Positions 30,745 to 39,643 of a stretch of 64,000 nt of DNA are shown here, one piece after another. Under the pieces are notes generated by a model. It was not told the DNA's origin. It saw only the letters and a list, made by a program, of their open reading frames with translations, and ran no database searches. The DNA comes from [Clostridium] symbiosum (lineage in GTDB: Bacteria > Bacillota > Clostridia > Lachnospirales > Lachnospiraceae), in contig CP143946.1 in assembly GCA_036419695.1 (NCBI GenBank), forward strand, positions 3,895,935 through 3,959,934, given 5' to 3'. Position 1 is the stretch's first letter. Each line of letters begins with the position of its first letter. Position numbers and translations under genes: made by a program.

Positions 30745-30899
30745 ATTCCATATCCCCTTATCTTTATTCCCATTATCGGAAAACCGTAACCATTTGTCTT
30801 TAGTCTAACGTCTGCCCATCCTGTTGTCAAATCTTACAGGAAATACCATTTTCAGGAAGTTCGCAACTTTTTTTAAATGATCTTTCTCCTTCTATCCTC

Positions 30900-31440
30900 T
30901 ATGATTAAGCCATGGCAATCCGGTACGGAACTGCCAGGCGGGCTGTCTCACAGGTGAGAGGTTTTCCACACAGGAGCCTCCGCGGTGCCGCCGTCCCTGA
31001 ACGGAGGGTATTCCGGGCAGTCAGCACCACATGATGTGTCGGAGGTTCGAATCCTCCCTTGCGAAAGCATGTAGCTAAGCTGGTATAGCAATCATTAAAA
31101 CTTTGGAACATCCTGATAAGATGCCTACCAAACCAAAACCACCAGGGATCAGAAATGTCCCTCCTTCCGCGTTCTGTAGAATTTCGTGCAGCAAAGAAAA
31201 GACGCTCAGCGGACTTTTCAAAGCCGGACAATTTCCACGGAAAGCAGTCAGAAACTGCCTGTGCCAATCAGGATACCGGCCCGGCAGAACCCGTCCCGGG
31301 ACAGCGCTGGTTAGAAGCGCCGTCCCCTTACGGGAAACGCCGTCCCTCAACGAACGGTCCGCAGTATTTTGATGAAGAAGGGGCATTTCCATTCTCAAAA
31401 AATCCGATTTAAACAAAGTGACAATTTCTAAACTCAAAAG
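30900..31440. ncRNA. candidate large structured noncoding RNA (unclassified)
   Basis: ~650-bp gap with no credible ORF, GC richer than flanks, repeated GCCGTCCC hairpin motifs, tRNA T-arm-like GGAGGTTCGAATCCTCC at 31040-31056. Confidence 0.3.
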
Positions 31441-31451
31441 GAGGTAGTAGT

Positions 31452-32549
31452 ATGAAATATACAATCAAAGAGCAGGAATGCGGTTATCTGTTAAAAGACG
31501 GAAGATTTCAGGGTTTTCTCACCGCCGGCAGCTACCATTACATACAGAGACTGGGCTACGAACTGAAAACCGTACCAATGACGGGCAGCGTCGACACCTG
31601 CGGTATCCCGGCTGAAATCCTGCTGAAAAACCAGGCTTTTGCGGACAGGGTCGTACACGTAACGATTCCCGACGAATGTCTCGGCATCCGTTTTGTAAAC
31701 AAAGCGTTCAAAGAGGTGCTTACCGGCCCCGACGCTCTGTACTGGAATGTCTTTGAGGATGTGGAAATCCGCCTTGTAGATATCACCAATCCCTACATGG
31801 ATCAGACATTGCCGAGATATTACATCGATTTGATGCCGATGAAATTCTATAAAAAAATCGCAATCAAGGACGGTGAGATCGGTCTTCTGTACTTCGACGG
31901 CCGGTTCGAAAAACGTTTGGAGCAGGGTACCTGGTATTTCTGGAATTACGGAAGCGAGGTGACCTGCAAAATCTTCAATATGAAAGTACAGCAGCTCGAG
32001 ATCCAGGGCCAGGAAATCCTGACCGCCGACAAGGTGAGCATCCGTTTAAACGTAGTCTGCAGCTACCGAATCACCGATCCGGAAAAACTTGTGCAGACGA
32101 TCGAGGGTGCATCCGCCCAGCTTTACACCGGAGCCCAGCTCTGCATCAGGGAATATGTGGGCCGTTTCCGCCTCGATGAGCTGCTGGCTCAAAAGGAAGA
32201 GATCGGCCGTTCCATCTGCGGACAGCTCAGGGAGCGGGAGTCGGATTACTGCGTCCAGATTGTAAACGCGGGTATCAAAGACATCATACTTCCCGGTGAA
32301 ATCCGTGATATCATGAACACGGTCCTGGTTGCCGAGAAAAAAGCCCAGGCCAATGTCATCATGCGCCGTGAGGAGGTAGCCTCCACCAGAAGCCTGCTGA
32401 ACACAGCCCGGCTGATGGATGAGAACAAGACACTGCTGAAGCTGAAGGAGATGGAGTATCTGGAGAGAATCTGCGATAAAGTAGGCAGCATCTCCGTAAG
32501 CGGTGGTAAAGGTATCCTCGATCAGCTCTCCGAGCTGGCGGGAATGTAA
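31452..32549 (+). CDS. SPFH/Band 7 domain protein with ~140-aa N-terminal extension
   Basis: SPFH pattern from residue ~140 (GLLYFDGRFEKRLEQGTWYF...IILPGEIRDIMN...AEKKAQANVI); good RBS. Confidence 0.8.
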   Translation: MKYTIKEQECGYLLKDGRFQGFLTAGSYHYIQRLGYELKTVPMTGSVDTCGIPAEILLKNQAFADRVVHVTIPDECLGIRFVNKAFKEVLTGPDALYWNVFEDVEIRLVDITNPYMDQTLPRYYIDLMPMKFYKKIAIKDGEIGLLYFDGRFEKRLEQGTWYFWNYGSEVTCKIFNMKVQQLEIQGQEILTADKVSIRLNVVCSYRITDPEKLVQTIEGASAQLYTGAQLCIREYVGRFRLDELLAQKEEIGRSICGQLRERESDYCVQIVNAGIKDIILPGEIRDIMNTVLVAEKKAQANVIMRREEVASTRSLLNTARLMDENKTLLKLKEMEYLERICDKVGSISVSGGKGILDQLSELAGM

Positions 32550-32593
32550 CAACAACGAAAAGCACGCTTCGCGAACTTTTCATTGACACTCAA
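32550..32593. repeat. 44-bp dispersed hairpin element, copy 1 (reverse orientation)
   Basis: Reverse complement TTGAGTGTCAATGAAAAGTTCGCGAAGCGTGCTTTTCGTTGTTG is 43/44 identical to 51103-51146; starts right after SPFH stop codon. Confidence 0.8.
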
Positions 32594-32599
32594 CAAAAA

Positions 32600-32640
32600 A
32601 CGGCAAGGCACTCATAACAGAGTAATCCTTGCCGTTATAT
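32600..32640 (+). terminator. rho-independent terminator after SPFH gene
   Basis: CGGCAAGG...CCTTGCCG stem followed by TTATATTTTA. Confidence 0.55.
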
Positions 32641-32663
32641 TTTATCTTTATCTGTATTTACTA

Positions 32664-32790
32664 TACTTGTACTTTACCGTATCCGTGTTTATCATACTTG
32701 TACTTTTTCACATCCGTATTTATCATACTTCCGCTTTACCGTATCCGTATTTACCACATCCGAACATTATCGTTCCGTACATCATACTCT
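32664..32790. repeat. about 4 tandem degenerate ~30-bp repeats
   Basis: ATACTTGTACTTTACCGTATCCGTGTTTATC / ATACTTGTACTTTTTCACATCCGTATTTATC / ATACTTCCGCTTTACCGTATCCGTATTTACC / degenerate fourth; contiguous, no spacers. Confidence 0.75.
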
Positions 32791-32844
32791 CAGGCACTCA
32801 GGCGCTCTTAATGTACCTTCTGCTCCGGGCCTTTGTTACTTCTC

Positions 32845-33132
32845 TTACTCTTTCTCGTCTTCCGCATCATCCTCGAAGAAATCGTCGTCGAAATCATCTT
32901 CAAAATCGTCCTCAAAGTCTTCCAGATAATCCGGTGTAAAGAAGCGGTAAACACCGTAAGCGATGGCTGCTACAGCCGCTACAACACCGATAATGGCAAG
33001 AATCCAGAGGATACAGGTTTTCTTCTTCTCTTCCTCTTCTTTTCTGTGTAAAAACTCATTCAGCTTTGTTGCATTCATGATCTCTTCCACTTTAGATAAT
33101 GCATCCTTACCCATCATATCGAATTTATTCAT
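32845..33132 (-). CDS. small membrane protein with poly-acidic C-terminal tail
   Basis: 1 TM (ILWILAIIGVVAAVAAIAYGV) then DYLEDFEDDFEDDFDDDFFEDDAEDEKE. Confidence 0.6.
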   Translation of the reverse strand: MNKFDMMGKDALSKVEEIMNATKLNEFLHRKEEEEKKKTCILWILAIIGVVAAVAAIAYGVYRFFTPDYLEDFEDDFEDDFDDDFFEDDAEDEKE

Positions 33133-33240
33133 AGGTTCCACATCCTTTCTTCCGTGATCCTGCACCGATGTTTTTCTTTTATATTATATCATCAAAGTCA
33201 GGTTTTTACTATCTTATTTTGAATAAAAAACAGATTTTTA

Positions 33241-35694
33241 TTACAATTTTATCAATTTGGCAAAAGATGCAAACATTTTTTTGACACCTACGCGTTCGAA
33301 CTCTACGGTGACCTCGTAGTCTTTGCCGCCGTCCTCAATCTTTTTAACGGTACCCTCACCGAACTTAATATGCTTTACACGGTCTCCCTCAGAATAGGGC
33401 AGATGAGCTGCCTTCTGTACGGAAAATGCCTTCCCGAAGGAAGGGGCTCCCGGGGCCGTCTTTGAGGCATAAGCATTTGGCTTCTGGCCGAAAGCGCTGA
33501 GACCGCGTCCGCCGCTGCCCGCTGCTCCTGCCCCGCTGCCGATGGTAACGCTGGAATTACGGCTTCCCGCTCCGCTCTGTCCGCCGGCGGATGAACCCCA
33601 GCCGGTCGTAATACCGCCGGAACGGTTCCATGGCAGGCCTGCCTCCTCCCCTTCGGAAGACTTTCTGCCCCAGCCGGAGGCTGCCGCCCCGCCAAAGCCG
33701 TCCCCGTTCCCGGAGTTTTCGCCTCCCCAGGATCTTCCTGCCGCCCTTCCGAATACGGACGGCTGTTCCACCTGTTCCAGCAGCCATGAAGGAATCTCTT
33801 CCACAAAACGGCTGACCTTGGAAAATCTCGTCTCACCGTTGGTCATGCGCTGTCTGGCCGCGGTCAGCGTCAGTTTCTCCCTGGCTCTTGTGATGCCTAC
33901 ATAACAGAGGCGGCGTTCTTCCTCGACCGCATCCTTGTCGTCCGACATGATGGACATGCTGCTCGGAAACAGTCCGTCCTCCAGGCCGCTTAAATATACA
34001 TATGGGAATTCCAGTCCTTTGGCGCTGTGGAGCGTCATCAGGATAATCCGGTTTTCAGACTCATCCATATTATCCACATCGGCAACCAGCGCAACCTCTT
34101 CGAGGAACCCGTCCAGCGTCGGTTCCTCCGCATTCTCGCTGTAGCTGACCGCCTTGTTAATCAATTCCTCTATATTCTGGAGACGTGTCTCCGACTCAAT
34201 CTCGCCCTCTGCCTCCAGCTCTTTTTTGTAACCGGTGTTTTCAAGAATCTCTTCGATCAGTTCCTGGATCGTCATCTCCGGCATACGCGCTTTGAAATCT
34301 TCGATCTGCTCCGTGAAAACGCCTATCTTATCTGCCGCTTTTCCCATGGCCGGGATTCCCTTGACGCGCAGTAATGCATCGTAAAAGCTCATCCCGTTGG
34401 CGGAGGCAAACATTGTTACCTTTCCGATGGACGTCGCTCCGACGCCCCTTTTCGGCACATTGACAATACGCTGTACAGCCAGATCGTCCTGCCCGTTGGC
34501 GATCGTCTTTAAGTAGCAGAGAATGTCCTTAATCTCTTTTCTCTGGTAGAAATTAACGCCTCCCACCAGACGGTACGGAATACTGTAAAGGATACATTTC
34601 TCCTCCAATAGGCGCGACTGGGCATTTGTCCTGTAGAGCACCGCAAAATCGGAATATTCACATCCGGAATCTTCCTTTTCCCGGCGTATATCCTTCACAA
34701 TCGCCTCCGCTTCCTCATAGGCCGTATCGAACTGCAGGAAACGCACCTGGTTTCCCTCATCGTTGGCCGTCCAGAGCGTCTTGTCTTTTCTTCCACGGTT
34801 GTTGCGGATTACTTCGTTGGCCGCGTTCAGGATATTCTGGGTGGATCGGTAATTCTGTTCCAGCTTGATGACCTTTGCTCCCGGAAATGCCTTCTCAAAG
34901 CTCAGTATATTTTCAATATTGGCTCCCCTGAATTTGTAGATCGACTGATCGTCGTCACCCACCACGCAGATATTCCTGTATTTGGCAGCCAGCAGATCGA
35001 CCAGCTTAAACTGGACCATGTTGGTATCCTGGTACTCATCCACCATTATGTAACGGAATCTCTCCTGATAGTAATCGAGAACCTCCGGCGCGTTCTGGAA
35101 CAGCTCCACGGTCTTTACAATCAGATCGTCAAAATCCAGGGCATTATTTTTCTTCAGCTCTTTCTGGTACTCTTTATAAATCTGAGCAACCTTCTTCTCA
35201 CGGAAATCTCCGCCTGCATTCAGTTCGAATTCTTCCGGCGTGATCATATCGTCCTTTGCAGAAGAGATCTTGCTGAGAACCGCCCTCTCCTTAAACTGTT
35301 TCGTGTCTACATCCAGTTTCTTGAATATCTGCTTCATCAGGGTCTTCTGATCATCGCCGTCATAAATCGTAAAATTCGTACTGTAGCCGAGATATTCGAT
35401 ATGACGCCGCAGAATCCTCACGCAGGAGGAATGGAAGGTGCTCACCCAGATGCTCTCGGAGCCGAAGCCGACAATCTTGTCCACACGCTCCCTCATCTCG
35501 GCCGCCGCCTTGTTGGTAAATGTGATTGCCATGATATTCCATGGATTCACCTTTTTTTCTTCTATCAGATATGCAATCCTGTGAGTCAGTACTCTGGTCT
35601 TTCCGGAACCTGCGCCCGCCAGCACGAGAAGGGGGCCATCCGTGTGGTAAACCGCCTCCTGCTGCATCGGATTGAGTAATTCGTATTTGTTCAT
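33241..35694 (-). CDS. pcrA: ATP-dependent DNA helicase PcrA (UvrD family); ORF track extends to 35721
   Basis: Walker A AGAGSGKTRVL, UvrD motifs, C-terminal Tudor-like KFGEGTV; ~130-aa Gly/Ser/Trp-rich insert before the C-terminal domain. Confidence 0.9.
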   Translation of the reverse strand: MNKYELLNPMQQEAVYHTDGPLLVLAGAGSGKTRVLTHRIAYLIEEKKVNPWNIMAITFTNKAAAEMRERVDKIVGFGSESIWVSTFHSSCVRILRRHIEYLGYSTNFTIYDGDDQKTLMKQIFKKLDVDTKQFKERAVLSKISSAKDDMITPEEFELNAGGDFREKKVAQIYKEYQKELKKNNALDFDDLIVKTVELFQNAPEVLDYYQERFRYIMVDEYQDTNMVQFKLVDLLAAKYRNICVVGDDDQSIYKFRGANIENILSFEKAFPGAKVIKLEQNYRSTQNILNAANEVIRNNRGRKDKTLWTANDEGNQVRFLQFDTAYEEAEAIVKDIRREKEDSGCEYSDFAVLYRTNAQSRLLEEKCILYSIPYRLVGGVNFYQRKEIKDILCYLKTIANGQDDLAVQRIVNVPKRGVGATSIGKVTMFASANGMSFYDALLRVKGIPAMGKAADKIGVFTEQIEDFKARMPEMTIQELIEEILENTGYKKELEAEGEIESETRLQNIEELINKAVSYSENAEEPTLDGFLEEVALVADVDNMDESENRIILMTLHSAKGLEFPYVYLSGLEDGLFPSSMSIMSDDKDAVEEERRLCYVGITRAREKLTLTAARQRMTNGETRFSKVSRFVEEIPSWLLEQVEQPSVFGRAAGRSWGGENSGNGDGFGGAAASGWGRKSSEGEEAGLPWNRSGGITTGWGSSAGGQSGAGSRNSSVTIGSGAGAAGSGGRGLSAFGQKPNAYASKTAPGAPSFGKAFSVQKAAHLPYSEGDRVKHIKFGEGTVKKIEDGGKDYEVTVEFERVGVKKMFASFAKLIKL

Positions 35695-35963
35695 GTTTCC
35701 TACCGCCTTTTCTGATTCCATCTTCAGGGTGATGTCAGTTACCGTATCCTACGTGCTCCGCAGCATGCGCCGTGCAGGCCGCCCGTCCAGGGCCGGTAAC
35801 CGATGCGAACCTCTTTCGTTCTGCTGTCCGCGGTACCTGTGCTTTCCATAGAGGCACGGACAATAACCATTATTATAATATATTTTACTGCTCCTGTCAC
35901 GGAAAAAAACAGAGCGGCCGCATTCATGCCTGGCCTCCGGCTTCAAATAAATGCTTTTCCCCC

Positions 35964-35992
35964 TTGTCATCTAGTATTCAATACTATATAAT
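35964..35992 (+). promoter_or_regulatory. promoter TTGTCA-17-TATAAT with 15-bp palindrome TAGTATTCAATACTA in spacer
   Basis: Read directly; palindrome is a perfect 7-bp IR around a central C. Confidence 0.65.
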
Positions 35993-36011
35993 AAAATGTG
36001 AGGTGAATTTT

Positions 36012-36620
36012 ATGAAAACGAACGAAGAACGTCTGCAGGATCTGATGGCTTATCTGGACAGCATGACCAGGATCAACCCGTCCGACATTCCCGCTATTGA
36101 TTTATATATGGATCAGGTTACCACATTCATGGACAGCCATCTGTCGGGCTGCAAGCGGTTCGGCGAGGACAAGATCCTGACAAAGACAATGATTAACAAC
36201 TATGCAAAGAACAACCTGCTGCCTCCCCCGGAGAAGAAGAAGTATTCGAAGAACCATATCCTGCTGCTGATTTTTATCTACTACTTTAAGAATGTACTTT
36301 CTTTTAACGATATTGAACAGCTCTTCTCCCCGATCAGCGAGAACCATTTTTCCCAGGGTTCCAATCCGGAACTGTCAGAGCTTTACACGGAGATATTCTC
36401 CCTGGAGCGGGGACAGCGCAAGCGCCTGAAAGAGGACGTGATGGCCAAATTCCAGGCGGCTTCCGAGACGTTTCCCGATGCCGAGGGGGATGACCAGGAA
36501 TACCTGCGCCTCTTTTCTTTTATTTGTGAACTGGCCTTTGACGTATACCTGAAAAAGCAGATGATAGAGCTGCTGGCGGAACAGTTAAGACAGGAGAATC
36601 CTCCCAAGAAAAAAAAATAA
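36012..36620 (+). CDS. DUF1836 domain-containing protein
   Basis: 202 aa from ATG after GAGGTGA RBS (ORF track start 35772 is upstream of the promoter); DUF1836-like N-terminus (IDLYMDQVTTFMD). Confidence 0.65.
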   Translation: MKTNEERLQDLMAYLDSMTRINPSDIPAIDLYMDQVTTFMDSHLSGCKRFGEDKILTKTMINNYAKNNLLPPPEKKKYSKNHILLLIFIYYFKNVLSFNDIEQLFSPISENHFSQGSNPELSELYTEIFSLERGQRKRLKEDVMAKFQAASETFPDAEGDDQEYLRLFSFICELAFDVYLKKQMIELLAEQLRQENPPKKKK

Positions 36621-36678
36621 GGCGCTGCCTCATGTCAATAAAGGTCAATTCATTTTTTAAATAAGATAAATCTGACTA

Positions 36679-36707
36679 TTGACATTTACACTTCAGCGCA
36701 GTAGAAT
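36679..36707 (+). promoter_or_regulatory. promoter TTGACA-17-TAGAAT for T-box leader
   Basis: Read directly. Confidence 0.6.
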
Positions 36708-36714
36708 CACTAAA

Positions 36715-36990
36715 AACAAGTAACAACAAGCCATGACGAGGAAAAGTATTCCGCTGTACATCCTTTCAGAGAGCTGTCGGCAGGTGCGAGTCAGCAGGAA
36801 ATCCGGAAGAAAATCACCTCTGAGCTTTCAGCCTGAACAGTTCACCCAGTAAGACTGAACGGTTAACAGCCGTTATCCTGTTACACATTGTCAGATGTGG
36901 CTAAGGGGCCGTTTTACGGCAATAAGAGTGGTACCGCAGAGGGAATATAACCTTTGTCTCTTAACAGAGACAGAGGTTTTTTGTTTTTAT
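36715..36990 (+). ncRNA. T-box riboswitch leader
   Basis: Stem-I GA-motif region ATGACGAGGAAAAGTA, distal AGAGAG...GGTGCGA...AGC, T-box sequence AATAAGAGTGGTACCGCAG (consensus AAUUAGGGUGGNACCGCG), terminator CCTTTGTCTCT-taac-AGAGACAGAGG plus U-tract at 36951-36988. Confidence 0.8.
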
Positions 36991-37050
36991 TTTCAGTAAA
37001 ACAAAAAACCTCCGTGGAAATACACACAAAATCGAAAGGGGATCTTTATT

Positions 37051-38031
37051 ATGAACACATTGAAAAAGCTGAGTAATTTCTTCGGACAGAATATGGCCGT
37101 CATTGTCATCGCCATCGCTGCCCTCGCCCTGTTTGTGCCTCAGAGCGTTAGTTTCATCAAAACCTCCTACGTCAATACCCTCCTTGGCATTGTTATGTTT
37201 GGGATGGGCCTTACCCTGAAACCGGGAGACTTTAAGGTCGTTTTCTCCCGCCCCAAGGACGTTATTATCGGATGTATCGCCCAGTTCACGGTGATGCCGC
37301 TTCTGGCCTTCGGGCTGACTAAGGTATTTAATCTTCCGCCGGAGCTGGCCATCGGCGTGATCCTGGTGGGAACCTGCCCGGGCGGCACTTCCTCCAACGT
37401 CATGACCTACCTCTCCAAAGGCGATGTGGCGCTGTCCGTCGGCATGACGGCCGTTTCCACCGTGCTGGCTCCGTTCCTTACCCCGCTTCTCACCTACGTT
37501 TACGCGGGCGCCAGAGTCGACGTCAACATGGCCAGCATGTTTTTATCCATCGTCAAGGTCGTGATTGTACCGATTGCAGCCGGTTTTATTATCAACCACT
37601 TTTTCTCTGCGGTTACACAGAAAATTGTGGAAGTGCTGCCTCTGATTTCCACGACCGCCATCGTAGCCATCGTTGCTGCCGTTGTTTCCGCCAATTCATC
37701 TAAGATTCTGACAAGCGGACTCCTGATCGTCGCAGTAGTCATCTGCCACAATGTAATCGGATATCTGCTGGGCTTCTCCATCGGAAAAGTTTTAAAACTG
37801 GACGAAAGCAAATGCCGCGCCATTTCGATCGAAGTCGGTATGCAGAACTCCGGCCTGGCTACCTCCCTCGCCGCCACTCATTTTGCCCAGTATCCGTTAG
37901 CTACCATCCCGGGAGCCGTATTCAGCGTATGGCATAATATTTCCGGCGCGGTTCTCGCCAATTTCTATGCGCGCACGGCGGAAAAGGCAGGAAAAAAGAC
38001 AGGTTCCGCCGCAATGACAAACCTGCAGTAA
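37051..38031 (+). CDS. bile acid:sodium symporter (BASS) family transporter
   Basis: 326 aa, ~9 TMs, BASS signatures (GLTLKPGDF, GTCPGGTSSNVMTYL). Confidence 0.82.
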   Translation: MNTLKKLSNFFGQNMAVIVIAIAALALFVPQSVSFIKTSYVNTLLGIVMFGMGLTLKPGDFKVVFSRPKDVIIGCIAQFTVMPLLAFGLTKVFNLPPELAIGVILVGTCPGGTSSNVMTYLSKGDVALSVGMTAVSTVLAPFLTPLLTYVYAGARVDVNMASMFLSIVKVVIVPIAAGFIINHFFSAVTQKIVEVLPLISTTAIVAIVAAVVSANSSKILTSGLLIVAVVICHNVIGYLLGFSIGKVLKLDESKCRAISIEVGMQNSGLATSLAATHFAQYPLATIPGAVFSVWHNISGAVLANFYARTAEKAGKKTGSAAMTNLQ

Positions 38032-38065
38032 AATAGTGTGTTCTTTTCGCAGTCTTTTTGGCAAT

Positions 38066-38100
38066 AAAGAAGAGCCGGAGATTTTCCGGCTCTTCTTTAA
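38066..38100. terminator. bidirectional terminator
   Basis: AAGAAGAGCCGGA-gatttt-TCCGGCTCTTCTT with flanking A/T runs. Confidence 0.65.
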
Positions 38101-38119
38101 AATCTGTCCTGTTTTTATG

Positions 38120-38449
38120 TCATTCAGCAGCCTTTGCCGCCTCTTTCTCCTCATCCCCTGCCTGATCTTCCAGGCGTTTAAATACCATATCGTATCCGTC
38201 GTTGCCATAGTTCAATGAGCGGTTAACGCGGCTGATTGTCGCGGTGGAGGCTCCCGTCTTATCGGCGATCTCCAGATACGTTCTTTTCTCTCTCAGCATC
38301 TTGGCAACCTCATAGCGCTGTGAGAAGGACAACAGCTCGTTGACTGTGCAGACATCCTCAAAAAAGCTGTAGCACTCTTCCGTGCTCTTAAGGGTCAGAA
38401 TCGCCTGAAACAAATGGTCAACCGCCTCTGTCTTGAGTTTTTTATTCAT
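38120..38449 (-). CDS. YerC/YecD family TrpR-like protein
   Basis: Start at MNKKLKTEAV after GAGGTG RBS; TrpR-related helix pattern (SQRYEVAKMLREKRTYLEIADKTGASTATISRVNRSL). Confidence 0.75.
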   Translation of the reverse strand: MNKKLKTEAVDHLFQAILTLKSTEECYSFFEDVCTVNELLSFSQRYEVAKMLREKRTYLEIADKTGASTATISRVNRSLNYGNDGYDMVFKRLEDQAGDEEKEAAKAAE

Positions 38450-38611
38450 GTAAAAGCACCTCTTCATTATATATTTTTGCTTTCCGTAAACCACCAGCTC
38501 CTTACAATTTTAGCATACTAAAGTTGTAAAGTCCATATTTTTTCCACTTCTTTTTGCAAAGTTTTCGCAACCCCAAAAAATATTCTGACAGGATACCGGT
38601 CGTAAGCCGGT

Positions 38612-39427
38612 TTACAGCATAAATTTTTCCACAACATGGGCAATCCCGTCGTCATTGTTGGATAATGTAATATAGTCCGCGGCTTTTCTCACCGGGAGCA
38701 CCGCATTCTCCATGGCTACGCCGAGACCGGCAAACTTAATCATTGTCAGATCATTATAACCGTCTCCGCAGGCAATCATCTGCTCTTTTTGAAGTCCAAG
38801 AATCTCCAGCAGCCTGGCCAGTGACTGGGCCTTATCGATTCCTCTCGGCAGTATTTCAAGGAAAAACGGTTCGGAACGGTAAATACTGAAGTTCTTTCCC
38901 ATCGCCGCCTTCACCCGGGGTTCCACCATGGCAAGGTAATCCCCGTCGTCCATCATTAAAAACTTCGGTACAGGGTAGGTTACATAGGACTTCAAATCAT
39001 CAATCTGGCGGACTTCCATATTATTAATCTTATTTTCCAGCTTTGAATAGGGACTCTCCGCATCATTGGTGATCAGGGTATGTCCGTCATAGGTGAGCAC
39101 CGTCACCCTCTCGTCCTCGGCCAGGCCGATAATTTTTGCATTGGCCTCCACCGGAAGCAGGCGGCTGAATACCACCTCCCCGGTCCGGCAGTTCGTTATC
39201 ATACCGCCGTTAAACGAGAGAATATAGCTTCCATACTCCTCCAGTTTCAGCTCCCGCGCAAGGGGCATTACCCCGTCCGTCGGACGTCCGGAGGCAAGCA
39301 CAATCTTCTTTCCTCTCTCCTGAAGCTCCATCAGAGCCTTCTTTGTCTTTGGCGTTATCACTTTATCACGGTTTGTCAGCGTTCCATCTAAATCCAGAAC
39401 GATAATTTCATAATTTTCCATCTGCAT
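38612..39427 (-). CDS. Cof-type HAD-IIB phosphatase
   Basis: DLDGTL motif I, GDGYNDL motif IV, ~270 aa. Confidence 0.85.
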   Translation of the reverse strand: MQMENYEIIVLDLDGTLTNRDKVITPKTKKALMELQERGKKIVLASGRPTDGVMPLARELKLEEYGSYILSFNGGMITNCRTGEVVFSRLLPVEANAKIIGLAEDERVTVLTYDGHTLITNDAESPYSKLENKINNMEVRQIDDLKSYVTYPVPKFLMMDDGDYLAMVEPRVKAAMGKNFSIYRSEPFFLEILPRGIDKAQSLARLLEILGLQKEQMIACGDGYNDLTMIKFAGLGVAMENAVLPVRKAADYITLSNNDDGIAHVVEKFML

Positions 39428-39643
39428 CTCTGCTCCTGTACAATCTGCACACCGGCCTGATACCAGTCCCTCACATTCCCCAGCCGTTATTATATAGGAA
39501 GTCAGGAAAAAACACAATTAAATAATATTAACTGATGTACATTTCCTGACATAATCCCGATAATTCCTTATAGGGAAACAGGCACCAACCTGCGGTTTTT
39601 CCAATATCTTAGATAATATAGACAAAATCTACGGGAGAGTTTT

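Noticed and set aside
30905-31464. Minus- and plus-strand ORFs of 85-129 aa in the GC-rich gap, plus a tmRNA/tRNA interpretation of GGAGGTTCGAATCCTCC
   Set aside because: Translations are Pro/Arg/Ser-rich with no domain resemblance. The T-arm-like motif lacks a complementary acceptor 5' strand, CCA end, and tmRNA 5' GGGG/tag-reading frame. It is kept only as a feature of a candidate RNA.
32664-32790. CRISPR array
   Set aside because: Repeats are contiguous and degenerate with no unique spacers. No cas genes are in the window.
32583-32939. 118-aa plus-strand ORF across the tandem repeats
   Set aside because: Its translation is a direct read-through of the 30-bp repeats (YLY/LYF strings). It is an artefact of repetitive DNA.
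33375-33904. Antisense and alternate-frame ORFs inside pcrA (for example 33375-33836, 33542-33904)
   Set aside because: They are produced by GC-rich low-complexity DNA encoding the PcrA Gly/Ser linker. The real frame is the helicase.
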